Source: Haplodiscus bocki | Lineage: Eukaryota | DNA length: 64,000 bases | Assembly: GCA_965655095.1 (NCBI GenBank) | Contig: OZ296654.1 | Location: forward strand, 69,316,001 to 69,380,000 | Direction: 5' to 3' | Shown: positions 63,101-64,000 of the stretch, piece after piece | How the letters are laid out: every line of letters begins with the position of its first letter | Position numbering within the stretch: position 1 is the stretch's first letter | The notes under the pieces: model-generated | Database searches by the model: none | What the model saw: the letters and a program-made list of their open reading frames with translations, nothing else | Told to the model about the DNA's origin: nothing | Position numbers and translations under genes: made by a program

Positions 63101-64000
63101 GTCCATGCTCAGTCCGCTGCCGATTACTACACTTTTGGTGAAGTCGCCCCTTTCGTTTTTTATCTTCTTCAGAAGATTAAGCAGAGCCGCGTCTTGCCAA
63201 TAGTTGAGCAGTGGGAGGAGTACATGGCTCCTAATCACTCAAAGTTTGCTGCCATTGAAGAAGATCGTTTCCTTGCTGGTACCCGTGTGCTGTCAGCTCT
63301 TGAAAAGGTGGGAAGTTCCTACCCAAAGAAAGAGTTCAGACGAGATTGCAGTAAGTTCCTAGAGGACTTCGTTAACTGTGTACTGTCGACTGTTGCCGCA
63401 AAGTCTGCAATAGGCCAAGGGTTAAGTTGTTTTTGCCCTCCTATTCTGGTTGGTGGACACGATCATGCCCCTATACAACTCTTTGACATGTTCCTTTATG
63501 ATCTGCTGGGTGAAAGTTGTGTGATGGGCGCAGAAATGGAAGGCTGCAAGTCAGAGTACCAGTCAGTCGTGCAAGAGCACAGGCAGCTGGAGCGGACTTC
63601 GAATAGGAGCCGCCCTGAGGTAAGGAACGTCCTGACTTTTTACTCTTCACAGGCTGGCTTCCGTGTGCGGCGTCATCTGTATAAAGTATGTATTTTCTCC
63701 AAAATGCGGTTTCAATCTTGCTGCAACTTCTAGCTTCTTCATGTTTTGTTTCAGGTCTTTCAATTAACAGCACTTGCCATACGTGGGTCAGTAACATCTG
63801 GAGAGAGGTTTACTGTGAATTTGGATCGAGTGGCTATCAGGGAGGAAGTAGTGCGCGGCGTGCTGCTGTGTGTTCAGGATTTTGTGAGAGATGCTGTTTT
63901 CACGCAGCGCAGCTTCTTTTCAGAGACGGATGTGGCAATGCTATCTGAGGCTGCTGCTATTTCTGACAGCATCACTAGCAGTTCCCTTTATGCCCCCGTG
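60183..64000 (+). pseudogene. Multi-exon gene resembling a diverged hAT transposase (BED-like finger, eroded RNase H core, hATC-like C-terminus); 3' end off window
   Basis: GT-AG introns at 60592-60725, 61141-61216, 61341-61411, 62065-62131, 62891-63086 and 63686-63754. Peptides: KRTFKMKKVW, GICRKDASVMTHGVHEILRHYQGTK, CVLEF...IWVFIRCW, VVSVQGG, HLYK/VFQLTALAIRGSVTSGERF. Confidence 0.65.

Overview
AT-rich eukaryotic (animal-like) DNA made up almost entirely of decayed mobile elements. I found no convincing intact host gene, RNA gene or CRISPR array. An acoel or other invertebrate origin is only my impression. Left to right: (1) 1-~2870, the 5' part of a minus-strand Ty3/Gypsy-type LTR retrotransposon (LTR, PBS, an extra upstream ORF, gag). 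(2) ~2870-~18937, a near-complete but pseudogenised Polinton/Maverick (adintovirus-like) element with adenain protease, two tandem penton paralogues, two membrane-active candidates, packaging ATPase, double-jelly-roll capsid, RVE integrase and protein-primed PolB. About ten of its genes start with TAAATG, and it carries an internal 18-bp palindromic array. (3) 19-31 kb, repeat debris including a decayed ~174-bp (58-codon) tandem array. (4) 31401-36702, a full-length decayed Gypsy element nested in a MITE-like element. (5) 37-54 kb, MITEs, a 170-bp palindrome and a 78-bp tandem repeat. (6) 54929-64000, a solo LTR with a 5-bp TSD, then the 3' LTR and PPT of a second member of the same family. 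Next to that PPT lie an accessory ORF that reads into the LTR and an antisense, intron-containing gene that looks like a catalytically eroded hAT transposase. That antisense spliced hAT-derived gene is my best candidate for an undescribed system, but its linkage to the retroelement needs sequence beyond the right edge. All homology calls are by-eye motif recognition; no searches were run.
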